DNA of 64,000 bases from Pseudomonadota bacterium (GCA_022361175.1 JAKSBN010000391.1:8457-72456); one strand, 5' to 3'. Positions 9,543 through 18,850 are shown, numbered from the stretch's first letter. Notes: generated from the letters alone by a model not told the origin. Numbers and translations: made by a program.

Positions 9543-11015
9543 CTAGAAGTCGAAGTAGATGAACTCCGCCGAACTCCCGGCGCTCACGGTGATGGCCAGG
9601 ATCCAGAAGAGGGAGAGCACCGGGTACAGGACCGCTGCCGGCACGCGCCGGACCCACAGCCGCATGCGCGCGTGGCTGTCAAAGGGGTGGAACGCCAGGA
9701 GCAGCGCGATCAAGACCAGCGGAAACGCGTGGATGACGAGGAAGCCGCCCACTTCGGACCACGGGGCGACGAAGGGGCCCGCCAGCACGCGACCCACCGT
9801 GGCCAGGTCCGGGGCGCGGAAGAGCACCCAGCCGAGCGTCACTACGTGGAAGCAGAGGGCCACGCGCAGCCACCGCGGCAGCCGGCGTCTCCCGGCGGCC
9901 GCGCGTCGATCCAGGCGTTGCGAGAGGGCGATGGCCGCGCCGTGCAGCAAGCCCCAGAGCACGAAGGTCCAGGCCGCGCCGTGCCACAGACCGCCCAGCC
10001 CCATCGTGATCAGCACGTTCGTCACCCGCCGGCCGGGTCCCACGCGGTTGCCGCCCAGCGGGATGTAGAGGTAGTCCCGCAGCCAGTTCGAGAGCGTGAT
10101 GTGCCAGCGCCGCCAGAACTCCTGGATCGACGCGGCGCCGTAGGGCCGGCGGAAGTTGGTGGGCAGGCGAAGGCCCAGCACCAGCGCGAGCCCGATGGCC
10201 ATGTCGGTGTAGCCGCTGAAGTCGCAGTAGATGCGGATCGAGAAGGCGTAGATCGCGAGCAGGTAGTCCGGACCGGTCAGGCCCTCGGCGCCGGCGTAGA
10301 CGGGGACCACGTGCTCGGACAGTGGGTCCGCGAACACGAGCTTCTTCACCAGGCCGAGCGTGAAGATGCACAGCCCCAGACGCGACCGGTTCGAGAGCCG
10401 TCTTTTCGAGCGTTCGAGCTGGGGAATCAGCTCGTGAGGGCGCAGGATCGGGCCCGCGATCAGGTGTGGGAAGAAGAGGATGTAGCTGGCGAACAGCGAG
10501 AGCCGCGGCTGGAGGGGGAAGCGCCCCCGATACACGTCCACCACATAGGCCAAGAGCGAGAACGTGATGAACGAGATGCCCAGGGGCAATTGAACCTGCA
10601 GGAGCCGGCCCTCGAGGCCCAGCACCGGACCGAGCACGTCGGCGTACAGGAAGTTGGCGTACTTGAAGCCGGCCAGCGGGATGAGCGCGACGGTGACCAC
10701 CCAAGCGAGGGCGAGCTTGCGACCGCGCGCGTCCGGTCGGCTCATGACGATCCGTGCGCCGTAGAAGGCGATGACGATGAGCAGCAGCGGTACCCAGAGC
10801 TGGCCCTGCGTCAGGACGGCCAGGGCCAGCGAGAGCGGATCCTCGACGCTGGCCCCACGGACGAGGGGGAGGAGGAGCGGCGCGACGCCCCACCAGCCGT
10901 AGAAGAACGCGCTCCCCAGGATGATCAAGGAGAGGCGGAAGCGCACGGGCAGCCACAGGTGCAGCAGGAAGTAGGCTGCGAAGAACGCGAAGAACGTGGG
11001 CGAGCTGAAGAGAAT
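9543..11015 (-). CDS. MBOAT-family membrane-bound O-acyltransferase (AlgI/DltB-like)
   Basis: ILFSSPTFFAFF N-terminus, conserved-His block FWRRWHITLSNWLRDYLYIPLGG, and GLWHGA. The start is unclear: the homologous N-terminus begins at an ATT codon (11015-11013) just after the upstream TAG, with no ATG or GTG nearby. Confidence 0.8.
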   Translation of the reverse strand: MLFSSPTFFAFFAAYFLLHLWLPVRFRLSLIILGSAFFYGWWGVAPLLLPLVRGASVEDPLSLALAVLTQGQLWVPLLLIVIAFYGARIVMSRPDARGRKLALAWVVTVALIPLAGFKYANFLYADVLGPVLGLEGRLLQVQLPLGISFITFSLLAYVVDVYRGRFPLQPRLSLFASYILFFPHLIAGPILRPHELIPQLERSKRRLSNRSRLGLCIFTLGLVKKLVFADPLSEHVVPVYAGAEGLTGPDYLLAIYAFSIRIYCDFSGYTDMAIGLALVLGLRLPTNFRRPYGAASIQEFWRRWHITLSNWLRDYLYIPLGGNRVGPGRRVTNVLITMGLGGLWHGAAWTFVLWGLLHGAAIALSQRLDRRAAAGRRRLPRWLRVALCFHVVTLGWVLFRAPDLATVGRVLAGPFVAPWSEVGGFLVIHAFPLVLIALLLAFHPFDSHARMRLWVRRVPAAVLYPVLSLFWILAITVSAGSSAEFIYFDF

Positions 11016-11020
11016 GGCGG

Positions 11021-12064
11021 CTACCCGGCTGCGCGCAGCACGGCGGCGATCGCGTCCGCCATCTTCTCGTGCCCCAGCGCGTTGGGGTGCGGATCGCCCG
11101 GCATGGCCCAGATGTCCTCCGGCGTCATGCCGGAGAGGGCCGGATACAGGTCGATGTAGGTGTAGCCGTACTCGCTCGCGAGGGACTCGAGCTCGCGGTG
11201 GACGAACTCGAAGGGGTAGTTGCCGAGGTTGTGGACGTCCGGGGTCATCGCCAGGTAGAGCCGGACCTGGCGCTGCTGGGCGTACTCGGCCAGGCGGGCG
11301 AGGGATTCCCGCATGGCGCGATAGCCGGGAGCCTCGGGCGCGTACACGCCTTGGTAGTGCTCGACGAGGCCGCCTTCGCCACCCCGGTAGAGAAAGCGAT
11401 TCATCACGGTCCAGAGCGTGACGGCGAGCTGGCTGTGTCGAAGCAGTGCGTTGCCGCCGCCCGCGTGGAGGGTCTCCGCGTCGTTGATGAAGTAGTGAAC
11501 GACCAGATCGGTGGGCTCGAGCTCGGTCAGGTGCTCCAGGAAGTTGTGCACGTAGCGCACCGCGTTGTAGTTGCCGATGCCGGCGTTCAACACCTCCACG
11601 GACTCGTCCTGGGCGGCCAGTCGTTGCTGGACGCGGGCGGTGACGGTCTCGTCTTCGGGAACGCCCCAGCCCAACGTGATGGAGCTCCCGAGGAAGAGGA
11701 TCCGCCGGCCTTGCCGCGGGAGCACCTTTCCGCCCCGAAGTCCCAGCTCGTTGGTCCGAATCGTGACGGACTGAAGCGTGGCTTCTCGATTGGGAACGTG
11801 CTCGTGGCCGAGGACCGGGTCGTCGCTGGGCCGCTTGAGCTCGCGGGCGTAGCGCCACATCTCGATGTCGTAGTTGGTCATCGAGAGGTTCTTCAGCCGC
11901 AGGGCCCCCTCGGCCAGGAGCAGGCCCACGCTGGCCGAGAATCCCACGAGAATGACGGAGAAGAGCACCTTGCGGGCGGACACGAGCTCGACTGCCTCCT
12001 GCTGCACGGTCGCCGGCACGGTCGCCCGGCCGGGGTGCGCGTACTTCCTTCCCAAGATTCCCAA
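11021..12064 (-). CDS. membrane-anchored SGNH/GDSL hydrolase-acyltransferase, paralog 2 (AlgJ/AlgX/DltD-like partner of the MBOAT)
   Basis: TM (VLFSVILVGFSASVGLLLA), block I FLGSSITLGWG, block V GDPHPNALGH. It sits immediately upstream of the MBOAT. The track start is a TTG; internal GTG starts are possible. Confidence 0.65.
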   Translation of the reverse strand: MGILGRKYAHPGRATVPATVQQEAVELVSARKVLFSVILVGFSASVGLLLAEGALRLKNLSMTNYDIEMWRYARELKRPSDDPVLGHEHVPNREATLQSVTIRTNELGLRGGKVLPRQGRRILFLGSSITLGWGVPEDETVTARVQQRLAAQDESVEVLNAGIGNYNAVRYVHNFLEHLTELEPTDLVVHYFINDAETLHAGGGNALLRHSQLAVTLWTVMNRFLYRGGEGGLVEHYQGVYAPEAPGYRAMRESLARLAEYAQQRQVRLYLAMTPDVHNLGNYPFEFVHRELESLASEYGYTYIDLYPALSGMTPEDIWAMPGDPHPNALGHEKMADAIAAVLRAAG

Positions 12065-12351
12065 GACCGCGAGAGTCCCGCGAGAGTCCGGCCTGCAGCT
12101 GTTTCGGCCGGTCCCTCGCAGCGCTAAAGCCCGTGGACTCTCGCATAAGGCCGGCTCGCTGCAACGCCGATGGTGGGTGTCCCACGCCCACCCTCAGGTT
12201 TCGCGGTCGACGTGGGGTTTCTCCACGGCGCGGTCTTGGCCGGCTGTGGCCCCGTGTCTAGAGTGGGGCGACGGACCCAGATCGGCCCCGGTCGCGACGT
12301 ACGGACGCAGTCCGGATGCAGGTGGGGCACCGGGATCGCGGAGGAGCGTGG

Positions 12352-13635
12352 ATGCGGGAGGCGGCCAGCCAGAGACGCGTGCGGATCGCGACGGCCGGCG
12401 TGTTGGCGGTGGCGTCCCCTCCCGTCCTGGCCGGGCTCTTGCCGGCGCTGGAAGCGGGGGCCGCGGGGCTGTTGCAGGCCGCGCTCTGGCTGGGCTGGAC
12501 TCTGCTCGCGGGTGCCGCGTACCTGTGGGTCGAGCGGGGACGCTGGCGGCCGATCGTGCTGGGCGGTTGGTCGCTCGCGCTCTCGGCGGCGCTGTTCCAG
12601 CTGGTGGGCTCGATGTACCTGGCGAGGAGCCAGGCCGGCGTCCTCCAGGTGGACAACCTGGAGTTCCAGTTCGAGGTCGTTCTCAATTCGCAGGGATTTC
12701 GAAACGTCGAGTTTCAACGGCAGAAGCCACCGGGGGTGGAGCGCACGCTCTTCATCGGCGACTCGTTCGTCTACGGGGCGGCCGTGCCGGAGCGCGAGAC
12801 GCTGCCGCGGATCCTGGAGGCGGAGCTCCCGAAGGCCACGGGGACTCCCCAGGAGTGGTTCAACCTCGGCGTGAACGGGGCGAATACCTTCGGCTACGTC
12901 CAGATCGCGCGGGACTTCCGCGGCTATGAGACGGATCGGGTGCTGCTCGGATTCTACGTGGACAACGACATGAGCCTGCTGCGCAAGCTGCCGCGCCGCT
13001 CTGCCGTGGAAGAGCTCAGTCACCGGCTGGTCAAGCGGCTCCGAGGCCTGCTGCCGCATCCGGCGGCGGACGCCACGGCGGAGCCGGCCTGCATCTATCC
13101 CTGGGTCCGCGACTACAGCGTGGATCCCGCCTATGTGGAGCACGCCTGTAGCGGCCGCATCAACCCGTGGTTCCTGCGCCGGCACGACGAGTCGCCGGAC
13201 AACCACAGCTACTACGAAGAGCTGGGAGCGCGCTTCCGCGAGCACCCCGTGTTGGGGGAGAACATCCTGGCGATCCGCGACGCGTTTCCCGGCGTTCCGT
13301 TCGGGGTGGTGGTATTTCCGTCCCGGTACCAGGTGAGCGCCGACTACTTCGACGAGCTGAAGAAGCTGGGCTTCCGCTTCCGCGAACGCGCGCCTGTCGG
13401 TACCCACCCGCAGCAGGCGCTGTTCGAATACCTCGAGCAACACCAGATCGCGTTTCTCGACCTGCTGCCCGCCATCTTGACCGCGCGGCAGGCCACCGGT
13501 CGAGACCACTACTACCGCATCGACGACCACCTGAATCCAGCGGGGAACCGGTTGGCGGCACGGGAGATCGGTGCCTGGCTCACGTCGTCGGGCGGACCGA
13601 CGAGCGCCAGAAGCTCTTCCAATGGGCCAGACTGA
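12352..13635 (+). CDS. membrane-anchored SGNH/GDSL hydrolase-acyltransferase, paralog 3
   Basis: GGAGGAG lies 5 nt upstream of the ATG at 12352. Multi-TM N-terminus, block I FIGDSFVYG, block V IDDHLNPAGN. Confidence 0.65.
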   Translation: MREAASQRRVRIATAGVLAVASPPVLAGLLPALEAGAAGLLQAALWLGWTLLAGAAYLWVERGRWRPIVLGGWSLALSAALFQLVGSMYLARSQAGVLQVDNLEFQFEVVLNSQGFRNVEFQRQKPPGVERTLFIGDSFVYGAAVPERETLPRILEAELPKATGTPQEWFNLGVNGANTFGYVQIARDFRGYETDRVLLGFYVDNDMSLLRKLPRRSAVEELSHRLVKRLRGLLPHPAADATAEPACIYPWVRDYSVDPAYVEHACSGRINPWFLRRHDESPDNHSYYEELGARFREHPVLGENILAIRDAFPGVPFGVVVFPSRYQVSADYFDELKKLGFRFRERAPVGTHPQQALFEYLEQHQIAFLDLLPAILTARQATGRDHYYRIDDHLNPAGNRLAAREIGAWLTSSGGPTSARSSSNGPD

Positions 13636-14476
13636 GTCGCTCCCGCTGTTTGCGGTGGACGAAGGCCACGTACTCGGGATCGTACTGCTCGGCCCCTCGC
13701 AGAGCGGCGGTGAAGTAGCCCAGTAGGAGCATGATCCCGCCGATGCCGCGCGGATAGTCCTGCCAGGCGCTGCGCGCACTGCGGACGAGATGGTAGAGCC
13801 AGTGATAGCCCAGGAAGTAGTAGAGCTTGCCCATTTCGAAGCGGCTGCGCAGCACTTGGGATTGACGGCCGTCGATGGGGCGGAGGTGGATGATCTCCAG
13901 GTCCAGGAAGCTGCGGGTCTCGAGGCCGAGCATCTGCGCGCGCGTCTCGTCGATCATGTCCCAGCCCCGGACGGGCTCGAGGCCGCCGATGCGCTCGAAG
14001 CAGTCCCGCGCGTACATCTTGGCGGGGCCGCGGACGTGCTCGTCGTGGCAGTACTCGATGCGCTTCTGGCCGCCTTCCACCAGGAAGGTCTTCCCGCTCG
14101 CCATACCGAGCTTGGGGTTGTCGTCGAAACGCTGGAGCAGGCGCTCGAAGTAGTCGGGCTCGAAGGCGAGGTCGGCATCCAGCTTGACGACGAAGTCCCA
14201 ACCCAGGTCTCGGACGCGCTCGAAGCCGCAGTCGAAAGCGTCGACCACGCCGCCGCCGAGGGCGCGATAGCCCCGGTCGACCCGGTCGACGAGTTCAATC
14301 CAGGGATGCTCGGGGAGGTAGCGCTCGATGATCTCGCGCGTGCGGTCCGTCGAGCCGTCATTGACGATCACCCAACGCACGGGCCGAACCGTCTGAGACG
14401 TCACCGAGCGGAGGGTCTGCTCCACGGTGCGTTCTTCGTCCCGGGTCGGGGTGATGATGACGTAGCGAGTTCGCAT
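13580..14476 (-). CDS. family 2 glycosyltransferase
   Basis: YVIITPTRDEE...VIVNDGSTD...KLDADL (DxD). ATG at 14476 checked in frame. Its 3' end overlaps the convergent SGNH gene by 56 nt. Confidence 0.75.
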   Translation of the reverse strand: MRTRYVIITPTRDEERTVEQTLRSVTSQTVRPVRWVIVNDGSTDRTREIIERYLPEHPWIELVDRVDRGYRALGGGVVDAFDCGFERVRDLGWDFVVKLDADLAFEPDYFERLLQRFDDNPKLGMASGKTFLVEGGQKRIEYCHDEHVRGPAKMYARDCFERIGGLEPVRGWDMIDETRAQMLGLETRSFLDLEIIHLRPIDGRQSQVLRSRFEMGKLYYFLGYHWLYHLVRSARSAWQDYPRGIGGIMLLLGYFTAALRGAEQYDPEYVAFVHRKQRERLSLAHWKSFWRSSVRPTT

Positions 14477-14581
14477 GGATCTCCTGGGGGCCTGCGAAGG
14501 CAGCGCGGGTGGGCCGCGTATCGACTCACCCGCGGGCATTCTTTACAGTCGCCACGCGCGTGGCGCGCGACCGACTAGGAA

Positions 14582-15514
14582 GTGGGCGACGAACGCCCGG
14601 GGGTTCCAGTGGCTGCGGTTCAAGCGATCGATCTCGACGGCCTGTTGCCGATCCTGCGCTGTCCGCGATCGGGAAGCGCCTTGGAGCGGCAGGGGGACAC
14701 GCTGCGTGCGAGCGAGGGCGGCCACGTCTACTCGCTGGATCGCGGCGTGCCGGACCTGCGGGTGCCGCCGGCGCGGCTGCGTGTGGATTTGCCCTGGTAC
14801 GAGCCGTGGGAGGACCTGGACGCGCTCGAGCTCTCGGGTCCCGCGCCCGCCCCGGCGCCGGATCTGCCCTACCACCTGGACGCCCAGCTGGCCTCGGTCC
14901 CGGGCTCCGACGGTGCCGGCCGCTGGATCCTGGAAGTCGGCTGCGGGGAACGGCAGTGCGAAGGCTACTTCCTGCCGCGCGGCTTCCACTACGTCGGCAG
15001 CGACGTCGACCACCGGGGTCGGGGGCCGCACGTGATGGCCGACGCGCACAACCTGCCGTTTCGAGACGAGTGCTTCGACTTCTACACCTCGATGGCCGTC
15101 TACGAGCATCTGGCCTCGCCGCTGGTCGCCGCGCTCGAGGCGCGGCGCGTCCTGAAACCCGGTGGTGTCATCTTCGGCAGCGCGGCGTTCGTCTACGGAT
15201 TTCACGACCGCGCCAGCTTCCAGCACATGACTCACGCGGCGCTGCTCTGGACCCTGCGCAGCGCCGGCTTCCACGACGTGCGCGTCTGGCCGGACTGGGA
15301 CTACACCGACTCGATCCCGCAGATGGGCTTTCCCGGTGGACAGGGCGCTCCCTGGCGCGTGCTCTCGCGCGCGTTCCTGAAGTTCATGGAGTGGAGCTAC
15401 ACCCGCAGCTCGGCACTGGCCCGGCGCGTGGCGGGCAAGCGCCCCCTGGACCTCACGGCCCGGCGCGCGGAAAAGGCCGGCTCGCTCTCGTTCTCGGCCC
15501 GCCGCTCCCACTAG
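14582..15514 (+). CDS. class I SAM-dependent methyltransferase with an N-terminal Trm112-like Cys motif
   Basis: LRCPRSGSALE N-terminus. SAM motif I ILEVGCGERQ. Motif post-II LKPGGVIFG. Confidence 0.65.
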   Translation: MGDERPGVPVAAVQAIDLDGLLPILRCPRSGSALERQGDTLRASEGGHVYSLDRGVPDLRVPPARLRVDLPWYEPWEDLDALELSGPAPAPAPDLPYHLDAQLASVPGSDGAGRWILEVGCGERQCEGYFLPRGFHYVGSDVDHRGRGPHVMADAHNLPFRDECFDFYTSMAVYEHLASPLVAALEARRVLKPGGVIFGSAAFVYGFHDRASFQHMTHAALLWTLRSAGFHDVRVWPDWDYTDSIPQMGFPGGQGAPWRVLSRAFLKFMEWSYTRSSALARRVAGKRPLDLTARRAEKAGSLSFSARRSH

Positions 15515-16515
15515 CCGCTCCCCTCACTCCGGCTCCAGTAGTGGGCCAGCGAGGTCCCTTCCAGGTAGCGGGCGACGGTTCGCTGCTGCTCGGCGTCCAG
15601 CTCGTCGCGCCACTGGTACGCCGTCTTGGCGGGATTCTTGAAGACGGCGTGGTAGCCCTCGTCGTGGGACGACGTCGAGGCCGCGATGAACTGCTCGGTC
15701 TGGGGGCCGAAGGCCAGGCCGCAGTAGTCGTAGATGCGGCGCACTTCCCGGGCCGGCTCGAGGCACAGATCCTCGTAGACCACGACGTGGAGGTCGCGTC
15801 CCTCCTTCAGCTCGAGCAGCGGCGTCTCGTTGGCCACGATCCAATAGATGAGCTCGCGTTCGAAGTCGGTGCCGTGCTCGTAGGCTTCGGCGTACTTCTC
15901 GTGCTCCGGCCGGGGGAAGGGGAGCACGGTGCTGGACAAGCGGCGCTTGTCCCCGAAACCCGTCCAGCCCTCGCGGCGTGCACCTCGGAGCCAGGAACTC
16001 AGATAGCCGCCCGGGTGGCGCAGGATCAAGACCTTGTGCATGTCGGGCAGCTGCTGGTGCATCCAGGCGAGCCGGAGGTTCGACGTCACGGACTTCCAGA
16101 CGAACACGATCTCGTCCAGCGGTTGGCGCAGCAGAAGATTCGGAATCCGCAGCTTGGGGTCGCGTCGAACGCCCAGCTTGCGAAGCGTGCGGAGCCCCAG
16201 GTTCCAGGCGGCCCAGGGCGCGGGACGCAGGAAGTCCTTGCGAAAGTCCGGCGGCCGGATGAAGTGGAGGCAGTGGGTCCAGAACGCGGCTTCCAGGGCC
16301 GTTGCCAGCGTGTCCGCGTGCGCGGGTTCACCGGCGCCCGGGTCCAGGCGGCTGGGGAGGTCGCGAAACCAGGGCAGGGCGGCCCAGTTGTCCGGCTCGT
16401 GCTTGTAGAGGACGTTCGGGCTCGCGTCGAGCAGCTTGCCCAACCAGGTCGTGCCGCTGCGGCCGGCGCCCGCCACGAGGACGCACCGGGTGGAGATTTC
16501 GGAACGGGCGCTCAT
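15511..16515 (-). CDS. PAPS-dependent sulfotransferase
   Basis: 5'-PSB loop VLVAGAGRSGTTWLGKLL and 3'-PB-like ILRHPGGYLSS. ATG at 16515 overlaps the upstream TGA (ATGA). The upstream 500 codons of ORF 15511..18021 are spurious. Confidence 0.7.
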   Translation of the reverse strand: MSARSEISTRCVLVAGAGRSGTTWLGKLLDASPNVLYKHEPDNWAALPWFRDLPSRLDPGAGEPAHADTLATALEAAFWTHCLHFIRPPDFRKDFLRPAPWAAWNLGLRTLRKLGVRRDPKLRIPNLLLRQPLDEIVFVWKSVTSNLRLAWMHQQLPDMHKVLILRHPGGYLSSWLRGARREGWTGFGDKRRLSSTVLPFPRPEHEKYAEAYEHGTDFERELIYWIVANETPLLELKEGRDLHVVVYEDLCLEPAREVRRIYDYCGLAFGPQTEQFIAASTSSHDEGYHAVFKNPAKTAYQWRDELDAEQQRTVARYLEGTSLAHYWSRSEGSG

Positions 16516-17804
16516 GCGGGGCCTCCGACCGTCGAGCAGACGGAGTCGACGGCGGCTCGTCCGCCACCCGGACGTCCGGCGCGCTGCAGGGCCACCGCCA
16601 GGCGGTCGATGTTGGGGGCGGCGGAGAACTCGTCCTCGACGCGGCGTCGGCCCGCCGCGGCCAACCGGCGGGCTTCGGCCGGGTTCTCGCAGAGTTGGAC
16701 CAGGACGCGGGCCAGCGCCGGAACGTCGTCGGGCGCCACGACCCGGCCCGTCTCGCCGTCCTCCACCAGTTCTCTCACCGCCGGCAGGTCGCCGACCACG
16801 ACGGGGAGGCCTGCGGCCATGGCTTCCATCAACACCACGGGCACGCCGTCGCGGTCGCCGAGCGCGTCGGTACGGCACGGCAGGCCCAGGAGATCGGCCT
16901 CGGCCATCAGCTCGCGAACGCGCGCGTTCGGAACCGAGCCCTCGAAGCGAACACGGCGCCGGACGCCCAGAGCTTCGACCAGCGCCTCCAGTGCCGCGCG
17001 CTCGTAGCCGTCCCCCGCGATCACCAGCCGCCAGTCGAGTTCGTCGTTCTCGAGCGTGCGGGCGAGGGCCCGGATCAAGGTGTCGATGCCCTTCTTCGGG
17101 ATCAAACGGGCGACGGCCAGCACCGAGAAGGGCCGGCCGGCCTCGGGTTCGACACCGCGCGGAGACCACGCCCCGGGATCGACCCCGCAGCGAATGACCG
17201 GGTAGCGGTCGTCGTCGCCCGGCACCTGCTCGCGGTACCACCCGCGGTGCCAGTGGCTGATGCAGGAGACGAACTGCGCCCGCTCGAGCTTGCGCACCAG
17301 CAGCGTACGGCGATCGAAGAGGTCGTTGGCGTGCCCCACGAAGCTGAAGGGGATCCCGGCCTGGAGCGCGGCGTACATGCCGACGGTCGCCGGGCCGTTC
17401 GCGAAGTGGGCGTGCAGGTGATCGACCCCCTGGCGCCGCAGCCAGCGAGCCAGGCCCAGCGCGAGCCAGGCCTGGAGCCACAGCAACAGGCGCTTGCGCG
17501 CGCCGAGCGATTCGCCGGGCCACGCGACGTCGCAAAGAGCCCGACCCAGCGTGAGGCTGGAGCGCACGGGATGCCGCGCGATCTCGACGACGGCGCGACC
17601 GAGGGTGCGGGCGGCACCGGGCCCGAGCAGCGTCAGCGCCGGACCGGGAACGTCGGTGGCCTTGCGCGCGGCGTCGATCTCGTAGAGGGAGACGGGCAGC
17701 ACCTCGAAGCCCCGCTGTCGGAGCCCTTCCGCCTCGCGATAGACGAAGGTTTCGCTGACCGCGGGGTAGATGGGGGCCAAGATCGCGATTCGACGACACG
17801 TCAT
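16512..17804 (-). CDS. GT4 (GT-B fold) glycosyltransferase
   Basis: RIAILAPIYP N-terminus. C-terminal EX7E-type block GVPVVLMEAMAAGLPVVVGDLPAVRELVEDGETG. Confidence 0.8.
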   Translation of the reverse strand: MTCRRIAILAPIYPAVSETFVYREAEGLRQRGFEVLPVSLYEIDAARKATDVPGPALTLLGPGAARTLGRAVVEIARHPVRSSLTLGRALCDVAWPGESLGARKRLLLWLQAWLALGLARWLRRQGVDHLHAHFANGPATVGMYAALQAGIPFSFVGHANDLFDRRTLLVRKLERAQFVSCISHWHRGWYREQVPGDDDRYPVIRCGVDPGAWSPRGVEPEAGRPFSVLAVARLIPKKGIDTLIRALARTLENDELDWRLVIAGDGYERAALEALVEALGVRRRVRFEGSVPNARVRELMAEADLLGLPCRTDALGDRDGVPVVLMEAMAAGLPVVVGDLPAVRELVEDGETGRVVAPDDVPALARVLVQLCENPAEARRLAAAGRRRVEDEFSAAPNIDRLAVALQRAGRPGGGRAAVDSVCSTVGGPA

Positions 17805-18019
17805 GCGGGCGCTCCCACCGGCCGAGCCACCGGGCGGGCCTCGGCCGTGTGATAAACTTCGCGCCTCGATCCACCGATGACACTGCGGCAGGCGCAAGAC
17901 CTCCGCGACCGGCCGGGAACTCGGCTGGAGACCGAATCGGGGACGGAAGCTGGAACCCTTTGGGCTCTCCGCGCCACGACCAGAGAAACCGGACGCCGAG
18001 GCGAAGGAGACAGACCCGC

Positions 18020-18850
18020 ATGAGTGCCGCCGCATCCGAGCTCGACCTGTGGGCCTACTTGAATCCGATCGACGAGGCGGAGCTCCACACTCAGTTCCAG
18101 TCCGCCACACCCACGCGGTACTTCTGCATCGACAATTTCCTGCGCCCGGAGTTCGCCCGCGAGCTGGCGGAGGCGTATCCGAGCTTCGAAGACGCCAAGC
18201 CCCAGGGGCGCGAGTTCAAGTGGACGAACGAGCGGGTGAAGGTGCAGATCACCGACTCCGGACGCTTTCCGGAGCCGGTGGCCCGGCTCCACGAGATCGT
18301 GGCCAGTTCGGAGCTGCGGAGCCTGCTCGGCCGCGTCACGGAGATCCCCGACCTGCTGGCCGACCCGGAGCTGGCCGGGGGCGGCATGCACGTGATGGGT
18401 CCCAGCGGACTGCTGGACGTGCACGTCGACTTCAACATGCTTCGCGACCGGGGGCTTCACCGCAGACTCAACATTCTGGTGTACCTCACGCCGGACTGGC
18501 AGGAGGAATGGGACGGCTGCTTCGAGTTCTGGGATCCGTCGGTGCGGGTCCGCACCGCCAACCTGTTCCCCGTCTTCAACCGCTGCGTCCTGTTCGCCAC
18601 CACCCAGGAGAGCTTCCACGGTGTCTCGGCCATCCGCTGTCCGGAGGGACGAACGCGCAACTCCTTCGCCTCCTACTACTACACCGAGGCTCCGCCGGCG
18701 GGCTGGGACGGGAAGTTCCACGACACCATCTACAAGCCGCGACCCGGCGAGTGGTACAAGGGGTACGTGCAGATGCCGCGCGAGAAGGTAACCCGCGGCA
18801 TCATGCGCCGGGTCCGGCGGACGATTCGTCAGCTCAGGGGACAGGAGTAG
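18020..18850 (+). CDS. 2OG-Fe(II) oxygenase superfamily protein (prolyl-hydroxylase-like)
   Basis: GAAGGAGA lies 8 nt upstream of the ATG. HxD (LLDVHVDFN), distal His (ESFHGVS) and Arg (RNSFASYYY). Confidence 0.65.
   Translation: MSAAASELDLWAYLNPIDEAELHTQFQSATPTRYFCIDNFLRPEFARELAEAYPSFEDAKPQGREFKWTNERVKVQITDSGRFPEPVARLHEIVASSELRSLLGRVTEIPDLLADPELAGGGMHVMGPSGLLDVHVDFNMLRDRGLHRRLNILVYLTPDWQEEWDGCFEFWDPSVRVRTANLFPVFNRCVLFATTQESFHGVSAIRCPEGRTRNSFASYYYTEAPPAGWDGKFHDTIYKPRPGEWYKGYVQMPREKVTRGIMRRVRRTIRQLRGQE

Noticed and set aside
14509-17007. 832-aa plus-strand ORF, and the long N-terminal extensions of ORFs 15511..18021 and 16512..18110
   Set aside because: They contain no motifs. The real genes (methyltransferase, sulfotransferase, GT4) start at internal ATGs that show ATGA coupling or match the family N-termini.
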